Source: Mustelus asterias
Lineage: Eukaryota
NCBI RefSeq assembly: GCF_964213995.1
Contig: NC_135812.1
Coordinates: forward strand, 46,438,001-46,502,000
DNA length: 64,000 bases
Direction: 5' to 3'
Shown here: positions 50,176-62,731 of the stretch, piece after piece
Layout: each line of letters starts with the position of its first letter
Position numbering within the stretch: the first letter of the stretch is position 1
The notes under the pieces: model-generated
Databases searched by the model: none
What the model was told of the DNA's origin: nothing
The model's input: only the letters and a program-made list of their open reading frames with translations
Program-made: the position numbers and the translations under genes

Positions 50176-51168
50176 AACATAGAACATAGAACATAGAACA
50201 TTACAGCGCAGAACAGGCCCTTCGGCCCACGATGTTGCACCGACCAGTTAAAAAAAAAACTGTGACCCTCCAACCTAAACCAATTTCTTTTCGTCCATGA
50301 ACCTATCTACGGATCTCTTAAACGCCCCCAAACTAGGCGCATTTACTACTGATGCTGGCAGGGCATTCCAATCCCTCACCACCCTCTGGGTAAAGAACCT
50401 ACCCCTGACATCGGTTCTATAACTACCCCCCCTCAATTTAAAGCCATGCCCCCTCGTGCTGGATTTCTCCATCAGAGGAAAAAGGCTATCACTATCCACC
50501 CTATCTAAACCTCTAATCATCTTATATGTTTCAATAAGATCCCCTCTTAGCCGCCGCCTTTCCAGCGAAAACAATCCCAAATCCCTCAGCCTCTCCTCAT
50601 AGGATCTCCCCTCCATACCAGGCAACATCCTGGTAAACCTCCTCTGCACCCTCTCCAAAGCCTCCACATCCTTCCTGTAATGTGGGGACCAGAACTGCAC
50701 ACAGTACTCCAAGTGCGGCCGCACCAGAGTTGTGTACAGTTGCAACATAACGCTACGACTCCTAAATTCAATCCCCCTACCAATAAACGCCAAGACACCA
50801 TATGCCTTCTTAACAACCTTATCTACTTGATTCCCAACTTTCAGGGATCTATGCACACATACACCTAGATCCCTCTGCTCCTCCACACTATTCAAAGTCC
50901 TCCCGTTAGCCCTATACTCAACACATCTGTTATTCCTACCAAAGTGAATTACCTCACACTTCTCCGCATTAAACTCCATCCGCCACCTCTCGGCCCAACT
51001 TTGCAACCTGTCTAAGTCTTCCTGCAAACTACGACACCCTTCCTCACTGTCTACCACACCACCGACTTTGGTGTCATCAGCAAATTTGCTAATCCACCCA
51101 ACTATACCCTCATCCAGATCATTAATAAATATTACAAACAGCAGTGGCCCCAAAACAGATCCCTGAGC
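50176..51168 (-). mobile_element. Young 5'-truncated CR1 LINE with open RT C-terminal frame
   Basis: QGSVLGP..FADD..LEYCVQFWSP..GRFFTQRVVRDWNALP uninterrupted to the stop at 50275; (TTCTATG)n tail at 50176-50200. Confidence 0.93.
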
Positions 51169-51179
51169 TACACCATGAT

Positions 51180-51975
51180 TTGGAAATGTGAAGTTATCCA
51201 CTTTGGTAGCAATAATAGGAAGACAGATTATTACTTGAATGGGTGTAAATTGAGAGAGGTGGATATTCAGCGAGACCTTGGAGTCCTCGTGCATCAGTCG
51301 CTGAAAGTACGTGCGCAGGTAGAGCAGGCAATACAGAAGGCGAATGGTATGTTGGCCTTCATAGCAAGAGGATTTGGGTATAGGGATAGGGATGTTTTTC
51401 TGCAATTGTATAGGGCGTTGGTGAGCTCACACCTAGAGTATTGTGTGCAGTTTTGGTGTCCTTATCTGAGGAAGGATGCCCTTGCTATAAAGAGAGCACA
51501 GCGAAGGTTTACCAGGCTGATTCCTGAAATGATATGAGGAGAGACTAAGTCAGTTCGGATTATATTTGTTGGAATTTAGAAGAGTGAGGGGGAATCTCAA
51601 AGAAACTTATAAAATTCTAACAGGGTTTGACAGGGTAGATTCAGAAAGAATGTTCCCAATGGTGGGGAGTCCAGAGCTAGGGGTCATAGTTTGAGGATAA
51701 GACCTTAGAACTGAATTTGAGGACCTTTTAGAACTGAGGTGAGGAGAAATTTCTTCACCCAGAAAGGGTGGTGAATATGTGGAATTTACTACCACAGAAT
51801 AGTTGAGGCCAAAACGCTGTCTGATTTCAAGAAAAAATTAGATATAGTTCTTGGGGCTAAAGGGATCAAGGGATATGGAAAGGGGGATATTGGATATTGA
51901 ATTCAATGATCATTAAAATGAATGGTGGAGCAGGCTCAAAGGGCCGAATGGCCTGCTCCTGCTTCTAGTTTCTGT
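51180..51975 (+). mobile_element. 5'-truncated CR1 LINE
   Basis: KCEVIHFG..HLEYCVQFWCP..RRFTRLIP; 3' UTR GGGCCGAATGGCCTGCTCCTGCTTCTAGTTTCT. Confidence 0.9.
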
Positions 51976-53594
51976 GGAAGGGAGCAGTCCGCCCACTTCT
52001 ACCCAGGCTCTGTGATCAGATTATTTCTGAGCAATATTAGCAAAACTCAAGCACATCATCCCAGTCACCAATAACCCCACACTATCTACTTTCCTCTATC
52101 ACTCACCATCACATTATCATCTTTCTGACAGCACCAACATCAAACCATCAGGAAATATGTATTCCAATTCAATTTTATAAATTCACACCTTACATATCGC
52201 ATACAAAACTAAACAAATCACCCTTGTGTAATCCATTAGTGCTTTCTTCTGCGTACCTTTGCCAATTTGAGTGCTCCCTCAGTGCTTGAGGACTGCTCGC
52301 CATCGATTGAGGAGACTTGGAGGCCGACCTTGATCTGTGATTACCTTAGAGAGCTCGGGATTCAGACTGCACCATCAGCGTGGCCTGGGCTGATGAGTGA
52401 TGGCAACAGTAAGGGAACTGGCAGAGTGCGAGGGGTGGGAGCAGCAATGCTGTCATCCTCAGACAGGACAGCCACTGCTATTCAGGCCAAGTGGCATTTC
52501 AGCAATCTCTCTGATCTATTGGAGAACAGATTAAATACAACATAGAGCACCAAAACAAGCCATTCATACCAACCAGTCCATGACAACAGTTATGCCCCAT
52601 TCTACCTCAAGCCTCCTCCAACCTGCCTTATCTAACTCTTATTGGCATAATCCACTGTTCTCTTCTCCTTCATTTGCTTACTTAGCTTCCCCTGAAGTGC
52701 AATTATAGATTTGCCTAAATTACCTGCGAGGGTACCAAAATTCATATTCTCATCACTCTCTGGTAAAGAAATTTCTCCTGAATTCCCCCATTTGATTTCT
52801 TGGTGACTATCTTACTCTCTAGTTTTGCTCTTCCTCACAAGTGGAAATACGCTATGTCTACTCTGTCAATATTAATGGATTGCTGATATACACTGGAAAT
52901 CCCTTTGCACAATGGTATGCAGAGTCACGGTGGCAGAAGTCTGAGTTTGCAAGATAGCACTCAGATTATTAATGGAAGCTATTTCCACTGCACCTGAAGC
53001 AGCAACGTAGTCATCAGATTTTGCATTGTGGCAGATTCCACAGCTGTGTTCATGGTAGTGACAACCCATTCCAATGCTGGAAAGGATGGGTTCCAAATTC
53101 TGTTCAATGGTCTGGAGCAAATTGGTGCTGAATTCCTTCCTGCTCCTTGTATCTGCACAAACTTTCTGGTAAGCTTTCAGCTGCTCCAAGTGTTTAGCTA
53201 TGTATGCACATTAACCTTCCTCACCTGGCCCATTAAAGTGCTCATCTGACTCCACTGAGGGCAAGATTTTCCAGTGGGATCTTCTGGTCTTGTAAAAGGC
53301 ACGCCTGTGCCAGTGCCACCCACCACCACCCCCCACCAGTTCCCTGGCGGCGGGACAGATGAGTTACGGCAAAATGGCAGGACCAGAAAATCCCACCCAC
53401 TGGCCAATGACAAGCCGCCTCCACAAAACACACCATATGGGACGGGGGCAAAAAATCCCACCCCAGTGTGTGATCTGGCGAGCAGACAACTGCGCTGCAA
53501 TCTCCCCCGGACATGGCATCTACGTACTCTTGCTCTCGGTTTCTCTCCTAGGCAAAGTGCAGTGTCAGTCTCTTGAACTGGTGGTTGGAAGTGT

Positions 53595-53955
53595 GCAACA
53601 GCAATTTGCATTTATATAGTGCCTTTTATATGGTAAAATGCCCCCCGATGCTTCACAAGAGTGTTATCGAACAAAATGTGATACCAAGTCACAAAAAGCG
53701 ATGTTAGGGGAGATGAACAAAAGCAAATAGGTAGGTTTTGGAGGAAAGAGAAAAGGAGAAATAAAAAGATTTGGAGAGGGAATTCAAGAACTCAGCAACT
53801 GAAGGTCTGGCCAGCAATGGTGATATCATTAAAATTCGAGATTCTCAAGAGGCCAGAGATGGAGGGATACAGATATCTTGAGAAGTGTAGAGATGGAGGA
53901 ATTTGCAGGAATTCAAGGAAACGGAGAGATTACAAAACAAAGATGATTTTTAAAT
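53595..53955 (-). mobile_element. L2-like LINE 3' remnant
   Basis: Minus-strand end ...GGCACTATATAAATGCAAATTGCTGTTG typical of L2 tails; similar ends near 31895 and 45565. Confidence 0.55.
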
Positions 53956-53989
53956 TTGAAGCACTGTTTAATCGGGATCCTGTCTATGA

Positions 53990-55690
53990 CTAAGTGGAAT
54001 GTCCTGCTAGGAATGGCCACAAAGGAGAGGGATATGTTGACTGGTAGTGTCTTAGAGAGATGTGTTGACCCGTTAGAAAAAATCTCAATTACAAGGGAGG
54101 AATTGTTAGGTATTTTAGGAAACATTAAGACACCCAAATCCCCAGGGCCGGATGGCATCTATCCTAGACTCCTCAGGGAGGCGAGAGATGCAATTGTTGG
54201 GCCTCTAACAGAAATCTTTATTTCTTCACTGGACACAGGTGAGGTCCCAGAGGATTGGGGGAAAGCAAATGTGGTCCCGTTATTTAAGAAGGGTAGCAAT
54301 GATAACCCGGGTAATTATAGGCCGGTGAGCTTGACGTCTGTGGTAGGGAAGTTGTTGGAGAAGATTCTTAGAGATAGGATATATGCGCATTTAGAACTGA
54401 ATAATCTCATTAGCGATAGACAGCATGGTTTTGTACGAGGGAGGTCATGCCTCACAAATTTGGTTGAGTTTTTTGAGGAGGTGACAAAAACGATTGACGA
54501 GGGAAGGGCTGTGGATGTCATCTATATGGATTTTAGTAAAGCGTTTGACAAGGTCCCTCATGGCAGGCTGGTGCAAAAGGTTAAATCTCACGGAATAAAA
54601 GGTGAGCTAACTAGATGAGTGGAGAACTGGCTGAGCCATAGAAGACAGAGGGTAGCAGTGGGGGGGTCTTTTTCCGGTTGGAGGTCTGTGACTAGTGGTG
54701 TTCCGCAGGGCTCTGTACTGGGACCTCTGCTGTTTGTGATATATATATATAAATGATTTGGAGGAAGATATAGCTGGTGTGATCAGTAAGTTTGCGGACG
54801 ACACGAAGATTGCTGAAGTTGCGGATAGTGATGAACATTGTCAGAGAATACAGCAGGATATAGATAGGCTGGAACGTTGGACGGAGAAATAGCAGATGGA
54901 ATTTAATCCAGATAAATGCGAAGTGATGCATTTCGGTAGATCTAATGTAAGGGGGAGCTATACAATAAATGGCAGAACCATCAGGAGTATAGACACACAG
55001 AGGGACCTGGGTGTACAAGTCCACAGATCCTTAAAGGTGGCAGCACAGGTGGAGAGAGTGGTGAAGAAGGCATATGGCATGCTTGCCTTTATTGGACGGG
55101 GTATAGAATATAAAAGTTGGCATATGATGTTGCAGCTGTATAGAACGATGGTTAGGCCACATTTGGAATACTGCGTCCAGTTCTGGTCGCCACACTACCA
55201 GAAGGATGTGGAGGCTTTGGAGAGAGTACAGAGAAGGTTTACCAGGATGTTGCCTGGTATGGAGGGTCTCAGCTATGAGGAGCGATTGGGTAAACTGGGG
55301 TTGTTCTCCCTGGAAAGACGGAGGATGAGGGGCGACCTAATAGAGGTGTATAAAATTATGAAGGGCATAGATAGGGTGAACAGTGGGGAGCTTTTTCCTA
55401 GGTCGGAGGTGATGAACACAAGGGGTCACGGGTTCAAGGTGAGGGGGGCAAGATTCAACACAGATGTCAGGGGGACGTATTTTACACAGAGGGTGATGGG
55501 GGCCTGGAGTGCACTGCCAAGCAAGGTGATTGAGGCGGACACACTGGGATCGTTTAAGACTTATCTAGATAGCCACATGAACAGTCTGGGAATAGAGGGA
55601 TACAAAAGAATGGTCTAGTGGGCACATGAGTGGCGCAGGCTTGGAGGGCCGAAGGGCCTGTTCCTGTGCTGTATTGTTCTTTGTATTCTC
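53990..55690 (+). mobile_element. 1.7-kb 5'-truncated CR1 LINE (RT pseudogene)
   Basis: Full set of RT motifs; TGA at 54616-54618, (AT)n expansion frameshift at about 54740, TAG near 54890; CR1 3' UTR. Confidence 0.93.
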
Positions 55691-56264
55691 TTATTTGACA
55701 CTATTATTAGTTGTGCACTTCTGTGAAACTGTAGCTGGTAGCCAGAGTCATTTACAGTGACAAAATAGCTTTTGTCAAGAATTCAGGAGAAACTTATTTC
55801 CCCAGAGAATCATTAGGATGTAGAAAAAGTGCTGAGGCAAAGTGCACAGGTGACTATAAGGGCAAGTTAGGTAAACATATTAGTGATAAAGGAATAGAAA
55901 GTTATATTGATAAGGGTGGGAAAAGTGGTGGGAGGAGGCTTCTGTGGAGGATAAATCTTCACACGGACCAGTTGGGCCAAATGGCTCATTTCATTGACAT
56001 TTGTTTCATGCAGTTCTATGCCCAACCTTGAGTCAAGGAATTTCCATTCAGAACAATTTATGTCATTGAGGATTGGCAGATTCTTGTCCTCATCTATTCC
56101 AAGGTCTTCATTAATATAATATGAAGCAATTTTGTCAGTTTAAGAAACGGCCTTTGGCATGGAAAGGAAGAACCATTTCAATTATTCTATCCTTATCTTA
56201 TAGCGAGATTAGAATTGCTATTCATCTTAATGTGCAAGACCATTTATCAGCACTCCGAAGCAGT

Positions 56265-57068
56265 CGCATGTGGTTGCAATATTGGACTAGCAATCCAGAG
56301 ACCTGGCCTAATGATCCAGATCCAGCACTGCAACTGGGAAATATAAACTCAGCTAAATTAAGAGAAAACGAATAAGAATCTGGAATTAGTAATGGTGATC
56401 ATGTTTTTAAAATCCATCCTGTTCACTAACATTTTTTGGGACATAAATCTGACATCCTTACCAGTCCTGCATTATATGTGACTCCGGACCTTCAATAATG
56501 TAATTGACTTGTCTTGTGAAATGATTCAACAAGCCAGTGTACTAAACCACCAGGACAAAGCAGAATAAAACCAATGTACCACCCGACGTCAGGTTAGGAA
56601 ACAACAAGAACATACCCAGCCCAACCCGCTCCACAAAGTCCTCATCACTAACATCTGGGGAGTTGTGCCGAAATTGGAAGAGCTGTCAAGCAGCAGCGTC
56701 ATACAGTCATATTCACAGGATCATACCTTTCAGCTCATGTCCCACACTCCTCCATGTCCATCCTTGGGCATGGCCTAATCCACTGGTAAGCCAGTCTCAC
56801 CAGAGGAGGCAGCATTGACATAGGCAGCCAGGAAGGACTAACTCTGGGAGTCCTCAACATAGACTCCAGACCGCATGAAGTCTCATGGTATCTGGTCAAA
56901 CAGTAGGCAAACCTCATTCTGATTTCTACTACCCTCTCTCTTGATGAACTAATACTCCTCCATGTTGAATACCACTTGAAAGACGCATCGAGGACCACAA
57001 GAGTGCATAATTTACTTTAGCTGGGCAGCTTTAATGCTATCATCATGAGTGGTTCAGTGGCAATACCA
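56265..57068 (+). mobile_element. SINE-like head and body fused to the APE N-terminus of the old LINE family
   Basis: 56265-56550 is collinear with the second SINE family; continues into VLITNIWGVVPKLEEL (about 56637) and ILLHVEYHL (about 56952), matching 1960-2120. Confidence 0.65.
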
Positions 57069-57439
57069 GCAAAAAAAAAATACTGTCGAAACACAGTCCC
57101 TGGAACTTGGAGGTAGTGGAAGCAGATACAATGGTGACTTTTAAGGGTCATCTTAATTGATGCTGGAGTCTATGGATCACTCTCCCCATAAGGTCATGCA
57201 AAGCTAACTGAGAACAGCGAAACTTTCAAAATTTAACTTATCTCATGGGAGCAATCAAAGACTCCTGCAAAAGTAGATAATGCTGCAGATTGTTAGGCTG
57301 GGAAAGTCACTGGGCCAATGAAGCATCAGTGGGTTATATTCACTAGCAATTGTGCACAATTACACAAGAGTGAGCCTGTGTCAGTTTTCCACTGATAAAA
57401 ATCTGCCAATAGTCAAGATCACTCAGGTTTCCCTGAGAT

Positions 57440-57675
57440 ACAAGTTTTTTACACAGAGGGTGGTGGGTGCCTGGAACTCGCTGCCGAGGGAGGTAATGGA
57501 AGCAGATACGATAGTGACTTTTAAGGGATGTCTTGACAAATACATGAATAGGATGGGAATAGAGGGATATCGTCCCCAGAAGGGTAAAGGGTTTTAGTTA
57601 AGTCGGGCAGCATGGTCGGTGCAGGCTTGGAGGACAAAGGGCCTGTTCTTGTGCTATAATTTTCTTTGTTCTTTG
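57440..57675 (+). mobile_element. CR1 3' fragment
   Basis: KFFTQRVVGAWNSLP..DKYMNRMGIEGY and 3' UTR. Confidence 0.85.
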
Positions 57676-57679
57676 TTGT

Positions 57680-58175
57680 TCTAAAATCCAACAAATCCCT
57701 GGGACTTGACAGCTTACATCGTAGAGTTCTAAAAGAGGTAGCTGCAGAGATAGTGGACACACTGGCCAGGAGTTTCTAGATTCTAGAATAGACCAAGCAG
57801 ATTAGAAGTTAGAAAACGTAACACCTATCAAGGAAGGAGAGAGAGAAAGAGGGAACTACAAGCTAGTTTGCCTGACATCAATCATCAGGAAAGTGCTGGA
57901 GTCTATTCTTGAGAGAGACTTAATGTACTTCAAAAATCACTGATGATCAGACAAAGTCAGTGTGGAAAATGAGAGGTAAATCATTGTTGACAAATTTATT
58001 AGAGCTTCTTGAGGATGTGGCAGAGAAGGTAGAAGAAGGGAATGCTGTTGAAATGATGTATATGGACTTTCAAAAGGCATTTTATAAAGTGCCACAGAAC
58101 CGACTTAAGGGACAGTCGCCAAAATGGATACAAAAATGGTTGAGTGACAGGAAACACAATAGTGGTGAATGGTTG
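57680..58175 (+). mobile_element. Degenerate CR1 RT fragment
   Basis: KSLGLD, LTNLLE, MYMDFQKAFYKVP. Confidence 0.75.
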
Positions 58176-58855
58176 CTTCAGTATCCTTTGTTCCATTATA
58201 AGGTCAGAAATGGGAATGATCCCTGATAACTGTACAGTTACATTTGAAACTCCTCAGATGATGAAGCAGTCCATGCCCTCGTAAAACAAGATCTGGACAA
58301 CAGTCAGGCTCCAGAGCCAAGTAGTGTTGCCTGGCATTTGTGTGGCACAAAAGTGACCATCTTTAATGAGTCTAACCACCTTTCCTGGACATTCACTGGC
58401 AATACTATTGTCAAATCCTCCACCATCAACATTGTGGGGTTCACCATTGACCATCAGACCAGTCGCATAAATGCTGTGGTTCCAAGAGATCGTGCGCTGA
58501 GAATTCTGCAGAGTGAATCATCCCCTGATCCACTAAAGCCTGCCTACTTCCTTCAAGACACAAGTCAGGAGTGTGATGGAATCCTCTCCACTTGCCTGAA
58601 GCTCCAATACTCAAGAAACTCAACATCATCCTGAACAAAGCAGCCCTGCTTGACTGGCACACTACCCAACAGCTTAAAACATTCACTCCTGTGGCTACAG
58701 AGTGTATCATCTTCAAGATGCAACTCACCAAAGCATCTAGATAACACTTCCGAAACCTATGACCTCTACCACCTAGAAAGACAAGGAGGTCAACACCATC
58801 TTGTTGTTCCCCTCTAAATCACAGACCACCCTGACTTAAGAACATTTTTTGTAAA

Positions 58856-59533
58856 GTGTATTTATTATTGTCACAAGTAGGCTGACATTAACATTGCAAT
58901 GACTGTGAAAATCCCCTAGTGGCCACACTCCAACGCCTGTTCGGTACACTGATGAGGGAGAATTTAGCATGGCCAATGCACCTAACCAGCACATCTTTCG
59001 GACTGTGAGAGGAAACCAGAGCACCCAGAGGAAACCCATGCAGACACAGGGAGACTCCACACAGTGAGGGTTGTGAACGTAGCCCTGTCCATCACTCAAA
59101 CCAGCCTCCCATCCATTGACTCTGTCTACACTTCTCACTGCCTCAGAAAAGCAGCTGGCATAATCAAGGACCCCACGCTCACTGGACACACTTTCTTCCA
59201 CCTTCTTCCATCGGGAAAAAGATACAAAAGTCTGAGGACACGTACCAGCCAACTCAAAAACAGCTTCTTCCCTGTTGCCATCGGACTTTTGAGTGGACCT
59301 ACCTCACATTAAGTTGATCTTTCTCTACACCCTAGCTATGATTGCAACACTACATTCTGCACCCTTTCCTTTCCTTCTCTATATATGGTATGCTTTGTCT
59401 GTATAGCACACAAGAAACAATACATTTCACTGTATACTAATACATGTGACAATAATAAATCAAATCGAATCAAATCAGTGATCCAAGCCGGGAATTGAAC
59501 CCATGAGGCAGCAGTGATAACCACTATGCCGCT
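58856..59533 (-). mobile_element. Alternative-tail V-SINE split by a Rex1 insertion
   Basis: Head at 59476-59533, core and tail at 58856-59067. Confidence 0.8.
59068..59475 (+). mobile_element. Rex1/Babar-like 3' fragment
   Basis: Collinear with 24400-24805; CAGTGA duplication at 59062-59067 and 59476-59481. Confidence 0.88.
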
Positions 59534-60852
59534 CATGTTTGTCCTCCTTTTATAGACACTTAATTGAGTACCTTTACTACATGGTTTGCAATGGTTGAAA
59601 AAGGCAGCTCACCTTTTACCTTCACACTAGCAATTAGGGATTTTCACTGAATGTAACATCATCCAGCACTGGATAGCCACAGGTAATTGCATTTGGCTAG
59701 TGATGGCCATGCCATCAATGAAAAAAACATAACCAGAGCCGTGACCATAATGGAGAGTAAGTTGTACAATCCACCTGCAGGAAAATGAATAACTGTAGAA
59801 AGTCATTGATCTATGCAATGTAATCAAAATGTCATCTTAGATTGGCAATAATGCAGCTGGCTATTCTCAATCACCTCATTACTGGGGAGTGTGCAATCAG
59901 GCATCATCTAAATCCCTTACCCCGCAAATACTCCAACTGGATTCGCATTTGTTCATTCAGCAATGCTTTTCGGGTCACAGGAGTTATCCACTAATACATG
60001 GTTTGCGTAATGTGATTTATACAGCAGATCTGAATATTAGTTCTGGCGCTTGACCTATCGGTGACACTAACGCACAGTAATTAAGTTTGAAGCCGCTGTC
60101 TTTTTTATGAGGCCAGTGGAGAAATTCAGCTCATCAATAACATTAGCTGCAGCTCAGCTACAATCCTCATCATCCTGGAAATACATCAATATTTCAGAAG
60201 AAACACAATCACAACATTGGTAAACAGTTATTAGGGCTTCAGATGCTCCTTCTCGGTCTGCACCTTACAGCAGACGAAGCATTTTCCTCAAAATGGTGAA
60301 GGCGGGACATTTTCCATCCACTGCAGGAAAGAAAATGTCGTAAATATTCAGCAAATTATCCAGATGCGCTCCTTATCTGACAGATGTCCCACCTCCTGAC
60401 GTTTTATTTTGCCTGACGAAAATCAGAATGGCACTGTGCCATCTGGAAGCTCAGCAGAAATGACAGGGACAGAATGTCTCAAGTAAGCCCCACAGATTTT
60501 CACCCTCTCAGATAATTGTCTCTGCTTTTGATATACAATAAAAAAAAATCAGCAAGGCAGCAGCATCCAAAGGAGCTGGAACAAAATAGCTCTTGGGGCG
60601 TATGAATGTCGCAGGAGCCTGGTTAAATTTGCAGTGCTGAATTTAATTAAGTTGAATTAAGCACAGCAGTCATCTGCTAAAACTGACTTGAAATAACCCA
60701 TAAAAAAAATGCACTGGGCTCAACGAAACTGTTCTATTACATTAACGTTATCCTGTTAAAACAATGTAATTATTGCTCAAGCTTGGTGCTTCTGAGTTAC
60801 TATTTCTTGGTTTATTCAATCCTCTCCTTCTCCCTGTTGCCCCCATGTTCAT

Positions 60853-61201
60853 TTATTTTACTCATTCGTGGGACATGGGTGTCGCTGGCTGGCCAGCATT
60901 TATTGTCCATCCCGAGTTGCCCGAGGGAAGTTGTGAGTCAACCACATTGCTGTGGATCTGGAGTCGCACGTAGGTGGTAAGGATGGCAGATTTCCTTCCC
61001 TAAAGGACATTAGTGAACCAGGTGGTTCGATGCTATGACAATCGGTTTCGTGGCCATCAGTAGATTCTTAATTCCAGATATTTTTATTGAATTCAAATTC
61101 CACCAGCTGCGGTGACGGGATTCGAACCCGGGTCCCCAGATCATTAGCTGAGTTTCTGGATTAATAGTCTAGCAATAATACTACTAGGCCATCGGCTCCC
61201 C
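60853..61201 (-). mobile_element. Second tRNA-SINE family, full-length copy
   Basis: Collinear with 49156-49510; A box TGGCCTAGTAG, B box GGTTCGAATCC. Confidence 0.85.
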
Positions 61202-62217
61202 TTTTAGCTGTTCAGCTTAGTTTGTCAATATAACAATAAAAGTCAACGTATAAACTGTATTAGCTCTGTATGCCCAAGTGACACACCTTTCCCAATGGGA
61301 TTCTAACAGCCAGCAGCTCATTGGTATTGGAACCTTTTATGTTATTTCAGGCCTGTTCAAGAGGTTAAGGCGTAAGAATGCCAGGGAAATAAGCAAACAT
61401 CAGAAATGCAAAATGTTTCATTAAGACTTTTTTTTTATCCTGCTGGTAATGGCCTGTCTGTGAAACCCCTACACACAACATTCTCCCCCAATTAGTGCCG
61501 TGCTTACCATAATTATTTTTTCCAAACACTTTATTATAATCATTAATGAAGGTCACATGTGTTCCATATCGACGCTTAAATAAGAGAGATGAGTCATTCT
61601 CAGCTGTCACGGTTCTGCAATTACCAGCTTGTGAGAAAATGACACGGAACCGGGGTTTTGTGTTGATCACCACTGGGGTGATCCATTTTCACCCATTTTT
61701 TTCTCCAAACAAAAACTAGGACTTAATTTGAATCGTTCCTGAGTGAACGTAAGCTTCAAACCTAGCAATCAATCAGACAATGGAATAATCCAAATGAGAT
61801 GGGCATCATGTGGCCTGACTGATGGAGATTAATTGGAAAGGAATGGGCACAGCTGTAAACGAGAAGCTGACATGCTTTTCAACTTTCCAACTCCTGCAAA
61901 ATGAAGCCGTTTTACTAATGAGGTAATCAGTCACTGAGTATCAATATCCTTAATCCCCCCAAAAAGAAAATTAATTCAATTGCATCTTTTGAAAGAACAA
62001 ATTGATCGCTTTTTATTCTTTGACAAAGTAAATGTTTTAATGTCATCAGATCTTGACCACATTTCTCACCCATTTTCTTAGCAACTTTTATCTCTGTGGC
62101 ACTTTACAATTGTAATTATAAAATTTGAGATGGCTGCTACTCTGCAATGAGAAATGTGGCGTTACGTAATAGCAAAAAAAAGGCAAAGTTTTTTTTTCAA
62201 TTCAGCAGTTAGACCCA

Positions 62218-62532
62218 AATGCTCCAGTTTCCACCAAAGACATGCTGGTTAGGTGCATTGGTCATACTAAATCCTCCCTCAGTATACCCGAACTGGCGCC
62301 GGAGTGTGGCGACTAGGGGATTTTCACAGTAACTTTATTGTAGTGTTAATATAAGCCTATTTGATTGATTAATTAAAACCCTAAGGGGCCAATATCACTT
62401 AGAATCATAAAATTCCTTCAGTGCAGAAGGAGCTATTTGGCCCATCGCGTCTGCACCAACTGATGACAGAGCATCTTACCGTGGCCCACCCCATGCATTT
62501 ACCATGGTGAAACCATCTAACCTGCACATCTT
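62218..62532. mobile_element. SINE fragments (alternative-tail V-SINE on plus, HE1 tail on minus)
   Basis: 62218-62365 matches the 38676 tail; 62400-62532 matches the reverse HE1 tail. Confidence 0.7.
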
Positions 62533-62731
62533 ATTAGAAAACAAACAAAAAAGTGTCATGGAGATCGTCACTGTTTAAAAACACAAACTATCAACAAATC
62601 CCCTCGGTCCCTCCACATGCCACTCAGTCCCTACTCTCTAGCACCAAACAGCAGCCACCATTCCCCACCAGTGCTGTTTAAAGGGATCATCAGTTATGGT
62701 TACAGGTTAGCTGTTAGTTGACTTCTTCTAA

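Larger units (their letters stand above)
58205..59730 (+). mobile_element. 3' part of the old CR1/L2-superclade LINE, interrupted by SINE and Rex1 insertions
   Basis: 58270-58835 is collinear with 8340-9350; tail remnants GCAATGGTTGAAAAAGGCAGCTCACC..GCAATTAGGGA at 59588-59640. Confidence 0.6.

Noticed and set aside
50275-51405. 376-aa ORF as a single gene
   Set aside because: Chimeric: the N-terminal part is the antisense of the adjacent plus-strand CR1 fragment and the rest is CR1 RT.
50176-51975. Head-to-head CR1 pair as one twin-primed inversion
   Set aside because: The two pieces cover the same ORF2 region, each has its own 3' tail and they are clearly different subfamilies.
60261-60488. 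Possible plus-strand exon (CCTTACAG| ... CAA|GTAAGC)
   Set aside because: Stops in the frames I translated and no recognisable protein.
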